Below, piece after piece: positions 32,136 through 42,033 of a DNA stretch of 64,000 bases; within the stretch, counting starts at the first letter, position 1, and every line of letters starts with the position of its first letter. The DNA lies in assembly GCA_963789265.1 (NCBI GenBank), contig CAWBKB010000006.1:192001-256000 (forward strand). Reading direction: 5' to 3'. The position numbers and the translations under genes were made by a program. The stretch comes from an uncultured delta proteobacterium (GTDB taxonomy: Bacteria; Desulfobacterota; Desulfomonilia; Desulfomonilales; Desulfomonilaceae). A model generated the notes under the pieces. That model worked only from the letters and a program-made list of their open reading frames with translations. It was not told where the DNA came from and did no database searches.

Positions 32136-33026
32136 TTGCCTGAAGGGGTACTTTACTTCTTGCAGCTTGTTATTTCCGGCCTCGCAGTGGGAAGCTTATA
32201 TGCGCTGGTCGCTCTAGGTTTCGTCCTGGTTTACAAGGCCACGGACATCCTTAACTTCGCACACGGTGAAGCGATGCTGCTGGGCGCGCTGGTTTGTTAT
32301 GCGCTAATAGTGTCGGGTGTTCCATTCTTCTGGGCGGTCGTGATGACCTGCGCGATCGCTTTGATCATGGGTCTGATCACTGAGCGCCTCGTGCTCAGGC
32401 CCATGATCGGAGAACCGCAATTTGCAGTGGTTATGGTCACTATAGGGCTCTCCATATTCTTGCGGAGCGTCGCGGGAATTATCTTCGGGCACGACAACAA
32501 AGTTTTCCCGGCCCCGTTTGCCCAAGGGGCACTGAATTTTAAGGGGTTGGTCCTGTCACATGCTCATCTCTGGGCGATGGCTGTATCCGTGGTAATGGTG
32601 ATTCTGTTCTTTCTTTTCTTTAGGTATTCACGCGTGGGACTCTCCATGCGCGGGGTGGCCAACGACCAGGATACGGCCATGTTGATGGGCATCAGCGTCA
32701 AGAGAGTGTTTGCACTTGCCTGGGGCATTTCATTCGCCATCGCCGGCGTTGCCGGGATCTTCCTGGCCAGCGTGATGGTGCTGAACATCGCTCTGAGCCT
32801 GGTGGCCATCAAAGCATTTCCCGCTGTCATACTGGGAGGGCTGGAAAGCATTCCCGGGGCCATTATCGGTGGATTCGTGATAGGAGTGGTCGAGACTTTG
32901 GCGGGGGGCTATTTAGAGCAAACCTTGCCGGGTGTGACAGACGTGACATCTTTTGTCGTCCTCTTCCTGGTTCTTATGATTAGGCCGTACGGCCTTTTTG
33001 GCAAAGAGGAACTGGAACGGGTTTAG
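32136..33026 (+). CDS. Liv-type ABC permease (LivH-like)
   Basis: ILNFAHGE, ILGGLESIPG and RPYGLFG motifs. Confidence 0.93.
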   Translation: MPEGVLYFLQLVISGLAVGSLYALVALGFVLVYKATDILNFAHGEAMLLGALVCYALIVSGVPFFWAVVMTCAIALIMGLITERLVLRPMIGEPQFAVVMVTIGLSIFLRSVAGIIFGHDNKVFPAPFAQGALNFKGLVLSHAHLWAMAVSVVMVILFFLFFRYSRVGLSMRGVANDQDTAMLMGISVKRVFALAWGISFAIAGVAGIFLASVMVLNIALSLVAIKAFPAVILGGLESIPGAIIGGFVIGVVETLAGGYLEQTLPGVTDVTSFVVLFLVLMIRPYGLFGKEELERV

Positions 33027-33076
33027 GCCGAGCCGAGCCAACCTGGCGGCCTGCCCATTCATCCGGAAGGAATCCA

Positions 33077-34123
33077 ATGAGAAGCAAGACCTTCAGGGAG
33101 TCCTATCGGGAAGATATAAGAATCTTCCAAACTATCTGGGTGAAGTTCTGCCTTGCTTTGTTCATTGTCGTTCTTCTGTCCGTACCATTTTGGGCCGATC
33201 CTTATATTGTGTACATGATCAACACTTCGGGGATAGCCATCATTGCCGCCATGGGATTGAATATTCTCACGGGTCTTACCGGACAAATATCCTTGGGGCA
33301 CGCGGCCTTTGTAGCCCTTGGGGCCTACACTTCGGCAATACTTGCCACCAGGCTGAATATGCCTTTTTGGCTCACGATTCCCAGCGGAGGAGTTGTGGCT
33401 GCATTCTTCGGCACTCTTCTGGGATTCCCCTGTCTTCGTCTGAAGGGTCTGTACCTGGCTATGGCCACGATGTCATTCGGCGTAGTAGTCGAATACGCCG
33501 TGACGCATTTGGACTCGCTGACTATGGGAGTACGCGGAATCTCGGTTCCTCCTCCGACGATATTTGGCTTCACTCTTGATGACCCGTCCCGGTTGTTCTA
33601 TGTCACGATCTTCTTTGTGGGCTTGCTGACCATAGCCGCCAAGAATATCGCCAGAACCAGATTGGGCCGGGCGTTTGTGGCGATCCGCGATCGGGATGTG
33701 GCAGCCGGCGTGATCGGTGTGAATTTGACAAAATATAAAGTAATGGCCTTTGCGATAGCCGCGTTTTACGGCGGCGTGGCCGGTGGCCTCTATTCTTATT
33801 CCACGGGATATCTGAACCCTGAGAGTTTCACGCTTCTGCTCTCCATAGAATACATAGCCATGATAATCATAGGCGGCCTGGGCTCGATCCTCGGGTCGAT
33901 TTTGGGGGCTGTGTTTCTCACGGTTACGCCTGACATTATAAAAAGTATCGCGGACTTCGCGGGCCAACATATCGTATTCCTCCAAGGCCGGTACGACGAA
34001 GAATGGAACGTAGCCGCGTTCGGCCTTCTCATAATGATCTTCTTAATCGTCGAACCGACGGGTCTCAACGGCATCTGGTCGCGCATTAAGACCAGCTTCA
34101 GGAACTGGCCCTTCACTTACTGA
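33077..34123 (+). CDS. Liv-type ABC permease (LivM-like)
   Basis: LNILTGLTGQISLGH, LRLKGLYLA and IIGGLGS motifs. Confidence 0.93.
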   Translation: MRSKTFRESYREDIRIFQTIWVKFCLALFIVVLLSVPFWADPYIVYMINTSGIAIIAAMGLNILTGLTGQISLGHAAFVALGAYTSAILATRLNMPFWLTIPSGGVVAAFFGTLLGFPCLRLKGLYLAMATMSFGVVVEYAVTHLDSLTMGVRGISVPPPTIFGFTLDDPSRLFYVTIFFVGLLTIAAKNIARTRLGRAFVAIRDRDVAAGVIGVNLTKYKVMAFAIAAFYGGVAGGLYSYSTGYLNPESFTLLLSIEYIAMIIIGGLGSILGSILGAVFLTVTPDIIKSIADFAGQHIVFLQGRYDEEWNVAAFGLLIMIFLIVEPTGLNGIWSRIKTSFRNWPFTY

Positions 34124-34202
34124 AATGCAGCTCACATTGGTTTGGTCGGAAGATAGCGGTCCCGCAGTGAATGAACCATCGAACTTCAAGGAGGAAGGTA
34201 GA

Positions 34203-35408
34203 ATGAACGGCAAGAGGAGCTGGGCAGTAGTTGCATTCCTGGTGATCTGTCTCGGGGTGTTGTGCGCTGCGAACGCGCTGGCTCAAGCCCGAGGTGTTAC
34301 CAAAAACACCATTAAAATTGGTAATATCCTTGTCAAGACGGGGCCGGTAGCGGCCCTCGGGCTTCCCGACGGATGGGGTATGCAAGACGTCTTCAACTCG
34401 ATCAACGAAAAAGGAGGAATAAACGGGCGCAAGATAGAGTGGATTTGGGAGGATGACCAGTTCAAGACACCCTTGGCCATCGCCGCGTTCAACAAGTTGA
34501 TCTATCGTGACAAGGTGCTGGGCATAGTAACCTGCGGGGGGACACCGCAGACCATAGCGCTAATGGATTTGATCAACAAAGACAAGGTGGTCAATATTCC
34601 TAACGCTCTCGCGGATGAAATGTACAAACCGTACAAGCCTTATATATTTATCCTGGGAGCTACATACGAAACTCAGATCCAACTCATGTTCGACTACATT
34701 ATGCACGATTTGAAGGCAAAGAACCCGAGAATTGCCGTGGTCTACGCTGAGACCGAATTCGGTAAGAAAGGTCTGGAGGCCGCAAAGAAACGAGCCAAGC
34801 AGTACGGAATCAAATTGGTTTCAGAACTGGTTCTCAATATCGGCTCGGTGGATGCCAGCTCGCAGGTGTTATCACTGAAGAAAGACAATGTGGACTATGT
34901 AATAACCTGCAATCTCGTTCCCCCTATCATCACGCTTCTCAAAACCGCCCAAAAATACGACTATTGGCCGATGACCTTCGGCATAAACTGGTCTTGCGAC
35001 AATGCAGTTGTAAGGGCTTGCAAGAGCGCTGCCAAGAATTACATTGGCGTAAATTTTGTCGGCGGATGGCACGACGATGCTGCCGGCATGAAACGGGTGA
35101 GAGAATTGGCCAAGAAGAACGGCCGCGACCCCGACAAGATGCTGACGTCACTTTACACTCACGGCGCAGCCACCGCTATCGTGTATGCCGAAGGGCTGAA
35201 ACGTGCGGGGAAAAACCTCACTCCCGATTCTTTCAAAGGCGCCCTGGAGACCCTCAAAGACTTTGACACCGGCGGGGTAGTTCCTCCTGTGACTTTCACA
35301 TCGACCAGTCACGCGCCCAGCCCTATTTCACGGCTTTATCGTGCAGATCCGACCAAAGGGGCCATGATACCCGTAACAGGCTGGAGGAAGCCGATGGAGA
35401 TGAAATAG
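34203..35408 (+). CDS. Liv-type ABC substrate-binding protein, copy 1
   Basis: Sec-type signal peptide; INEKGGINGRKI motif. Confidence 0.92.
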   Translation: MNGKRSWAVVAFLVICLGVLCAANALAQARGVTKNTIKIGNILVKTGPVAALGLPDGWGMQDVFNSINEKGGINGRKIEWIWEDDQFKTPLAIAAFNKLIYRDKVLGIVTCGGTPQTIALMDLINKDKVVNIPNALADEMYKPYKPYIFILGATYETQIQLMFDYIMHDLKAKNPRIAVVYAETEFGKKGLEAAKKRAKQYGIKLVSELVLNIGSVDASSQVLSLKKDNVDYVITCNLVPPIITLLKTAQKYDYWPMTFGINWSCDNAVVRACKSAAKNYIGVNFVGGWHDDAAGMKRVRELAKKNGRDPDKMLTSLYTHGAATAIVYAEGLKRAGKNLTPDSFKGALETLKDFDTGGVVPPVTFTSTSHAPSPISRLYRADPTKGAMIPVTGWRKPMEMK

Positions 35409-35566
35409 GGAAGGGCCTATTGCAATTGTTTATAGTATTATCAATTGAATGTGCCTGCGCACAGGCGTCTCATCGCGGCGCCCCATTGCCCAAGGTAAGG
35501 ACTAATCGGCCTTTTTCGTTCTGTAACAATGGATAATCCGCCAATACTTTGAGAAGGGAGAGAACG

Positions 35567-36773
35567 ATGAACCGTAAGCGGAATCTGGCACTAATTGGAT
35601 TCTTCATAATCTGTCTTGGACTCATGTCGGTCACGACTGCGTTTTCTGAAGTCCGGGGCGTCAGCAAGGACAAAATCGAGTTAGGTATGATCCTTGTGAA
35701 AACCGGGCCGGTGGCGGCCCTCGGGCTCCCCGACGGTTGGGGAGTACAAGATGTAATCTCCTCGATCAACCAGGAAGGAGGGATCGCCGGAAGGAAGATA
35801 GATTTCATTTGGGAAGACGATCAGTGGAAAACCCCTCTGGCCATCTCCGCATTCAACAAGCTGATTTACCGTGACAAAGTGCTGGGGATAGTCACCATCG
35901 CCGGCACGGCACAGAATATCGCGCTAATGGATCAGATCGACAAGGATAAGGTGGTTACTATTCCGGACGCTCTGGCGACGGAATTCTACAAACCCTACAA
36001 ACCTTATATATTCGTGCTGGGCGCTACCTACGAAACTCAGGTCAAGCTCATGTTCGACTACATTATGAAAGACCTGAAGGTAAAGAACCCGAGAATAGGC
36101 GTGGTTTATGCTGAGACTGAGTTCGGCAAGAAAGGCCTCGAAGCGGCTCGGAAGAGAGCAAAGCAGTACGGCTTGAAGCTGGTTTCCGAAGTGGTTCTTA
36201 ACACCTGCGCGGTGGATGCCAGCTCACAAGTGCTGTCGCTGAAAAAAGACCATGTGGACTACGTGGTGACTTGCAATCTGGCCCCGTCGACCATTACGTT
36301 CCTAAAAACCGCCGAAAAGTACCGAGTATCGGCCCACGACTTTCGGCGTAAACTGGGCTTGCGACAATGTAGTCGTAAAGGCCTGCGGGGCTGCGGCGAA
36401 GAATTACATAGGTGTAAATTTCGTCGGCGGATGGACGGATGACAGTCCGGGCATGAAGCGAGTCCGAGCACTGGCGAAGAAAAATGGTCGTGATCCTGAC
36501 AAGATGCTTACTTCGCTGTACATACACGGCGTAGCAATGGCCACCGTATACGCTGAAGGACTGAAGCGGGCAGGCAAAGATCTGACTTCGGATTCGTTCA
36601 AAAAGGCCCTGGAGACCCTCAAAGACTTCGACACCGGGGGTATGATTCCTCCTATAACCTTCACATCAACCAGTCACGCGCCAAGCCCTCTTGCGCGACT
36701 TTATCGCGCGGACCCGGACAAAGGCGCTATGATACCGATAACAGGCTGGAGGAAGCCCTTGGATTTGAAATAG
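35567..36773 (+). CDS. Liv-type ABC substrate-binding protein, tandem paralogue, apparent +1 frameshift at ~36323
   Basis: Colinear with copy 1. Removing one C after GTAC(36319) gives KYEYRPTTFGVNWACD, matching KYDYWPMTFGINWSCD in copy 1. Confidence 0.9.
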
Positions 36774-36937
36774 CTGCGCCGAATGACTAGTGTGCAAGTG
36801 CGAACCACGGCAAGAAATCGGCCCCAAAAGGCTCGGCATCGAGGAAACAGATCCACTGTTGCCGACTCGCCGAATTCGTTCGATTCAGAGGTGTCGGCAC
36901 AGGTCATGACAGACTGTGCCTTCACTCTCTTCCGAGG

Positions 36938-37735
36938 TCATTTTCCTTCCCACCGGGGCTTTCTCTTCTCCGCGAAAGCCCTGGGACCTTCGGTATAATC
37001 ATGCGTATGCGGCAGAAGTTCTTGAATGGAATATCTTCTTCTGAGAAAGGCTTCTTCGAGCGGATAACTCATTCCCTCCAGGGCGCACTGCTTAATTGCT
37101 CGGATGGATAGGGGCGCACACGCTAGAATAGCGGAGATCCACTTCTCGACCGCAGGCATCAATTCCTTCGCAGGAGCGACTTCATTTACGAGGCCCAGGG
37201 AATATGCTTCCTGAGCAGTGATCCGTTTGCACGTCATCATCATGCCCATGGCCAATTTGAGAGGTATGTGTCGGGGAAGTCTATGTACGCCGCCGGCACC
37301 CGGGATTAGACCTACGGAGGCTTCAGGGAGTCCAAAGGTGGCATGATCCGCGGCTATAACGATGTCCGAAGCCAACACAATCTCAAATCCGCCTCCCAGG
37401 GCATATCCGTTCACGGCCGCAATAATTGGTTTGTAGCAGTCGAAACGTGTGGTGATTCCGCCGAATCCCCCTTTACCGACCAGTCTGTACTCCTTGGCAA
37501 TGCGCTCTCCACCCACCTGAGCCTGATATTTCAGATCATTCCCCGCTGAGAAAGCGCGCTCGCCTGCACCCGTTATCACTGCAATCCAGCAAGAAGGGTC
37601 CTTGTCGAAATCATCAAAGGCATCACCGAGTTCTCTACTCGTGGCAGGATGTATTGCATTCATGACTTCCGGTCGGTTAACGGTCACGTATGCGACTCGA
37701 TCCTTCTTTTCATAAGTAATGTATTCGTAGTCCAT
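36938..37735 (-). CDS. Enoyl-CoA hydratase (crotonase, CaiD-like)
   Basis: AFSAGNDLK, NGYALGGGFE, FGLPE and EGPRAFAEKR motifs. Confidence 0.93.
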   Translation of the reverse strand: MDYEYITYEKKDRVAYVTVNRPEVMNAIHPATSRELGDAFDDFDKDPSCWIAVITGAGERAFSAGNDLKYQAQVGGERIAKEYRLVGKGGFGGITTRFDCYKPIIAAVNGYALGGGFEIVLASDIVIAADHATFGLPEASVGLIPGAGGVHRLPRHIPLKLAMGMMMTCKRITAQEAYSLGLVNEVAPAKELMPAVEKWISAILACAPLSIRAIKQCALEGMSYPLEEAFLRRRYSIQELLPHTHDYTEGPRAFAEKRKPRWEGK

Positions 37736-37845
37736 CTCTCTCCTCTCGTAAAGTTCAGGTAAAACGTCACAACATTTTGCGGGGGTATCAAGGATCGTAT
37801 CGCCCCTCCGATAGGATATAAGACCCCCAAGAGCTGTGGAATGAT

Positions 37846-37870
37846 TCTATTTTATAAGTATATATGTCAA
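37846..37870 (-). promoter_or_regulatory. Putative PadR operator (degenerate) abutting TTGACA, upstream of the crotonase gene
   Basis: TCTATTT-tataa-GTATATA followed by TGTCAA. Confidence 0.55.
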
Positions 37871-38223
37871 GCGAAAAATCCCGCATCACACCAATCGACC
37901 CGCAAACGGCGTAATGTCAAGATCATAGGCCAGTCAGGGCCTCCGGGGCAGTCACTCCCAGGCATAGCCCGTGATCGAAAAAACGAATAATTACCGATAT
38001 GGCGTCTTTCCGCCCCGCGTATCAGCGGGGGCCATCGCAGCCGACTACTTTTCTGTATGCATTCAGTTACAGCCGGAATTTGCGGGTGGCTTCGTGGGGT
38101 GGGCTTTCTAGCCCGCCATTGAACAGCGCTTTGCCCGGCAGGCTGGAAAGCCTGCCCCACAAGACTGAATGGTTACACTTTTCTCTGTATTTTCCTTGAC
38201 CGCTCCCTTTGCGTATCTTATAA

Positions 38224-38242
38224 TATATATATCGAACATATC
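38224..38242 (+). promoter_or_regulatory. Putative PadR autoregulatory operator
   Basis: TATATAT-atcga-ACATATC, 26 bp before the padR-like ATG. Confidence 0.6.
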
Positions 38243-38268
38243 AAATGATTGCAGTGGATTGGATCAAC

Positions 38269-38844
38269 ATGTCCATTAAATATGCTATCCTCGGCCTACT
38301 TCATTACAAAAATATGTACGGATATGAGATCAAGAACCACATCGAAGAAAACTTTGCCTTCATGTGGACGGTCAATTACGGACAGATTTATACCAGCTTG
38401 AAGAACTTGACGGACGAGGGTCTAATCAAGCTCGATGAGGTGGTTCCATCCGAAAGCGGGGCGCCTCATAAGAAACTTTATTCGCTGACTCAGAAGGGGA
38501 GGGATGAATTCAAGAAGTGGATGAAGACTTCTCCTGAAAAGAAGATGATTCTCCGAGATCCCTTCATGATGCAATTCATCTTCTTCGGGTTTGTAGAGGC
38601 GGAAGACGCAGTCAAGTTCATCGATGAGCAAATTGAGACCTATGAAATGGAACTTGCGAGCAAGAAGGAGGACTGGCTTCGGTGGAAGGATAGAGGCATC
38701 TACGTCTCATTAGCAAGAGAACTGGGAATTAACTACAGAGAACTATACTTGAACTGGCTTTACAAAACGCGGCACATAATTAGGGCTTCGACGGCCAAAG
38801 ACTCAACTTTGAAAAAAAGACGTAAGTCTGCGAGAAACAAGTAG
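38269..38844 (+). CDS. PadR family regulator (with C-terminal AphA-like domain)
   Basis: KYAILGLL, YGYEIK, GQIYTSL and KKLYSLTQKGR motifs. Confidence 0.93.
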   Translation: MSIKYAILGLLHYKNMYGYEIKNHIEENFAFMWTVNYGQIYTSLKNLTDEGLIKLDEVVPSESGAPHKKLYSLTQKGRDEFKKWMKTSPEKKMILRDPFMMQFIFFGFVEAEDAVKFIDEQIETYEMELASKKEDWLRWKDRGIYVSLARELGINYRELYLNWLYKTRHIIRASTAKDSTLKKRRKSARNK

Positions 38845-39151
38845 ACAGATCCTCTATCAGGCAGACTAAGATTGTCTTCTATATCCGGATTTGGCGCACA
38901 CTTACCCGCACACTTCCCACAAAATACTTTCAATTCAAATCTGTTCAAATCGAAATCCGGTTGGTTTAAGCAGAGTCTTGTTGCGTTCCGGTGCCGTAAT
39001 CTATTTGGGAATTGTGCACTTGATATACCTGGTTTCGCCACTTTCCACTCTCGCCAGGTTTTTGTAGGAGTGGGTTTGAAACCCACCCCTACCATTGGAA
39101 TGGTTAATCTCACGAAAAGTCCGGGAATGACGTTCCGACGGGGGGTATTTC

Positions 39152-39180
39152 TTGACATATATACAATCAACATATATTAA
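39152..39180 (+). promoter_or_regulatory. sigma70-type promoter with putative PadR operator
   Basis: TTGACA(39152-57) immediately followed by TATATAC-aatca-ACATATA. Confidence 0.7.
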
Positions 39181-39335
39181 ATAGTCTAAGTCCCGCGGCC
39201 GCTGAGCCATGCCCGCCTGTCGGCGTGACGACACGCCACACTGCGGCTGCGGTCCGTCAATCTTTCTCATGTCTCACCGCCCGGCTTATCACCTGCGGGC
39301 AGGCAGGCAGAAAGGAAAGAAGGAGGAGAAATCCA

Positions 39336-40454
39336 ATGGCCGAATTTACATTAGACGAAGATCGGAAGCAGATCCAGGACATGATGCACAAATTTGCCGA
39401 AAAGGAACTAAGGCCCATTGCAAGATCTTGCGATGAAAAGGATGAGCTGCCGGCCGATCTTCTAGAGAAGGTTTGGCAGTTGGGGTTCTGTCCAAACATC
39501 ATCCCTGAAAAATTCGGAGGATACGAGACGGGCCGTTCTGCCCTCACCGCAGCAATCATGGTCGAAGAGCTGGCTTGGGGCGACGTGGCCCTGACAGTCG
39601 GTGCCCTTTCGCCGTTGTTGATGGCGGTACCTGTTCTCGAATTTGGAACTGACGAGCAAAAGAAAGAATGGCTGCCGAAGTTCTGCGGGGAGAAGTTTTA
39701 CCCGGCTACTGCGGCCCTAATGGAGCCCAGGATCACGTTTGAACCGACCATTTTGCAGGCCACCGTGGAGATGCACAAAGACGTTATGGTTCTGAACGGG
39801 GCCAAGTGCATGGTACCGCTGGCCGAGCGGGCCGAGCGGGCCGAGCAAATCTTGGTGTATGCCACAGCGGCCAAAGGGTCCGGAGTGGCCGCCATCGAAG
39901 CAATTATCGTGGACAGGAACACACCCGGTGTATTGATCGGCGAACGGGAGAAACACATGGGCCTGAAGCCGTTACCTCTCTTTCCGGTAAATTTCAAGGA
40001 GGTTGAGGTTCCCAGATTGCGGCGACTTGGGGGAGATGCTGGCATCAACTTCATGAGATTGCTCAATCTTTCCCGGGCCAATCTCTGTGCTATGGCGGTT
40101 GGGATTTCCCGAGCGTCGAACGAATATGCCATCAAATACGCCAAAGAACGGCTTGCTTTTGGAGAGCCGGTGGCTAGCAGACAGGCCGTGGCCTGGATGC
40201 TGGGCGAATCGGCCATCGAGGTGGCGGGAATGAGGCTGCTGGCATGGCGGGCTGCATGGCGTTTGGACGGTAATGAAGATGCTACGCGCGAAGCCGGTCT
40301 AGCCAAAATGTACTGTGCGGAAAAGACGATGCTGATAACAGACTACGGAGTCCAGGTGTTGGGAGGGCATGGTTACATTCGTGAACATCCGGTGGAATTG
40401 TATTTCAGGAACGGTCGTGCCTTTGATGTAATGGAAGGAACCGCCATCGGCTGA
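39336..40454 (+). CDS. Acyl-CoA dehydrogenase family protein (FadE24-like, short C-terminus)
   Basis: EELAWGD, LNGAKCMVP, ERLAFGEP and VLGGHGYIREHPVE motifs; ends VMEGTAIG*. Confidence 0.88.
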   Translation: MAEFTLDEDRKQIQDMMHKFAEKELRPIARSCDEKDELPADLLEKVWQLGFCPNIIPEKFGGYETGRSALTAAIMVEELAWGDVALTVGALSPLLMAVPVLEFGTDEQKKEWLPKFCGEKFYPATAALMEPRITFEPTILQATVEMHKDVMVLNGAKCMVPLAERAERAEQILVYATAAKGSGVAAIEAIIVDRNTPGVLIGEREKHMGLKPLPLFPVNFKEVEVPRLRRLGGDAGINFMRLLNLSRANLCAMAVGISRASNEYAIKYAKERLAFGEPVASRQAVAWMLGESAIEVAGMRLLAWRAAWRLDGNEDATREAGLAKMYCAEKTMLITDYGVQVLGGHGYIREHPVELYFRNGRAFDVMEGTAIG

Positions 40455-40532
40455 TTCGAAGGAAATCTCAGCCCGAATTGCATGCTCACAACTTACAGCA
40501 TAGCTTGAAGGCTTTGGAACAACGGAGGAAGT

Positions 40533-41708
40533 ATGATTGATTTTTCATTTACGGCAAAGACGTTGAAGGCAAAGAAGTTGGCGCATGCGTCGGGGGAGTA
40601 CTTGCGCAGCATTTCCCGTTACTACGACGAGCATGAACATCAGGAACTGAAAGCCGACGAGATACAGCACATAAGAAATAACGAAAGAGCCGTTCTGGCC
40701 GCATTGTCCGAGCCAGGGGAGGGTGATGGTCCATTCCTGACCTCCATAGTCTTGAGTGAAGAACGGTCCATGGGGGATCCCACCATACCGAAGACAGTCT
40801 CCAATGTCGGCCTAGGGAATGCCGCAATCAGAGCCGTCGCTACACCGGAGCAGAAAGCACGCTTCGAGCACCTTTTTTGCGCTATGGCCATCACCGAGAC
40901 AGGTTGCGGTTCCGACACCGCTGCCGTGTCCACTACGGCCAAGCTTGACCCGGAAACCAAAGAATGGGTTCTGAACGGCGAGAAGATCTTCGTGACCTCA
41001 GGGAAACGTTGCGATGCGGTCGTGGTCTGGGCCACACTTGAAAAGAGCAAAGGCCGAGCGGCTATTAAAAGTTTTGTGGTTGAAAAATTTCGAAAGGGCA
41101 TAACCGTAACAAAACTGGAAGACAAGTTGGGAATCAGAGTATCGGATACCGCGGCGATCGTCCTGGATGATTGCCGCATTCCCTACGATAACATCCTCGG
41201 TTCACCGGATATTAAAGAAGCCAGGGGCGGACAGGCAGGTGTTTTGGCGACCTTTGATGCCACGAGACCCGCTGTGGCCATTCAAGCCATCGGCGTGGCC
41301 AGGGCTGCTCTGGAATTCACTAAGGGCAAATTGGAGGAAGTCGGATATACCTTTCCCTACGACAGGGGCATTCACTCTCTGAGTGCCGTTCAGAAGGAAG
41401 TGTTGGATATGGAGGCTAACCTCGATGTGGCTCGGCTTCTTGTCTGGCAATCTGCCTCAATGCTCGACAAGCGGGTGAGAAACAGCCTGGCTTCCTCAAT
41501 GGGAAAGGCCAAAGCCGGCAAAGCGGCAACTCAGGTCTGCCGGAGATGTGTGGCTCTTCTCGGACCTCTAGGTTACTCGCGTGAATGGCTGGTCGAGAAA
41601 TGGATGCGTGATTGCAAGATCAATGACATTTTTGAAGGAACAGGCCAGATTCAGATGCTGGTGGTCTGCCGCCAGATCCTGGGATTTACTCGGGAGCAGT
41701 TAAAGTGA
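40533..41708 (+). CDS. Acyl-CoA dehydrogenase (FadE23-like)
   Basis: AMAITETGCGSD, LNGEKIFVT, KLGIRVSDTA and DIFEGTGQIQ motifs. Confidence 0.9.
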   Translation: MIDFSFTAKTLKAKKLAHASGEYLRSISRYYDEHEHQELKADEIQHIRNNERAVLAALSEPGEGDGPFLTSIVLSEERSMGDPTIPKTVSNVGLGNAAIRAVATPEQKARFEHLFCAMAITETGCGSDTAAVSTTAKLDPETKEWVLNGEKIFVTSGKRCDAVVVWATLEKSKGRAAIKSFVVEKFRKGITVTKLEDKLGIRVSDTAAIVLDDCRIPYDNILGSPDIKEARGGQAGVLATFDATRPAVAIQAIGVARAALEFTKGKLEEVGYTFPYDRGIHSLSAVQKEVLDMEANLDVARLLVWQSASMLDKRVRNSLASSMGKAKAGKAATQVCRRCVALLGPLGYSREWLVEKWMRDCKINDIFEGTGQIQMLVVCRQILGFTREQLK

Positions 41709-41717
41709 CGATAGTGA

Positions 41718-41856
41718 GCATCCACTTACGCGCGGGAAGGGATTGTCATTGCGAGCGAAGCGAAGCAATCTTTTCCTTTAAACGCCGCTTAGATTGCTTC
41801 GTCGTTTCACTCCTCGCAATGACAAGGGTAAAAGCTGCCTCGCGTAAGTGAATGGT
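41718..41856. repeat. MITE-like element family A, short variant
   Basis: Near-identical core to 11410-11549; right end cgcgtaagtgaatggt. Confidence 0.8.
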
Positions 41857-42033
41857 TGCTGACGATAGACTCTTTTCCTAGTAATAGCTTTTCTCGAACA
41901 GTAATTGCCGATTCAGAAAATGCGGTGCACCAAATTGTTAAAAGTCTTTGCCGGAAAGGTCCGGAAAAACCGGCTTTTTTCAAAAAGCGGGTTTTCCGGT
42001 GTTTCGGACAGAAACTTTTGAGATTTGGTCTAA

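Noticed and set aside
6395..36325. Programmed frameshifting, phase variation or mass pseudogenisation
   Set aside because: No slippery heptamers or long repeats lie at the breaks, no additional stops or decay were seen, and the lesions are tied to one 4-bp motif. An artefact is more parsimonious.
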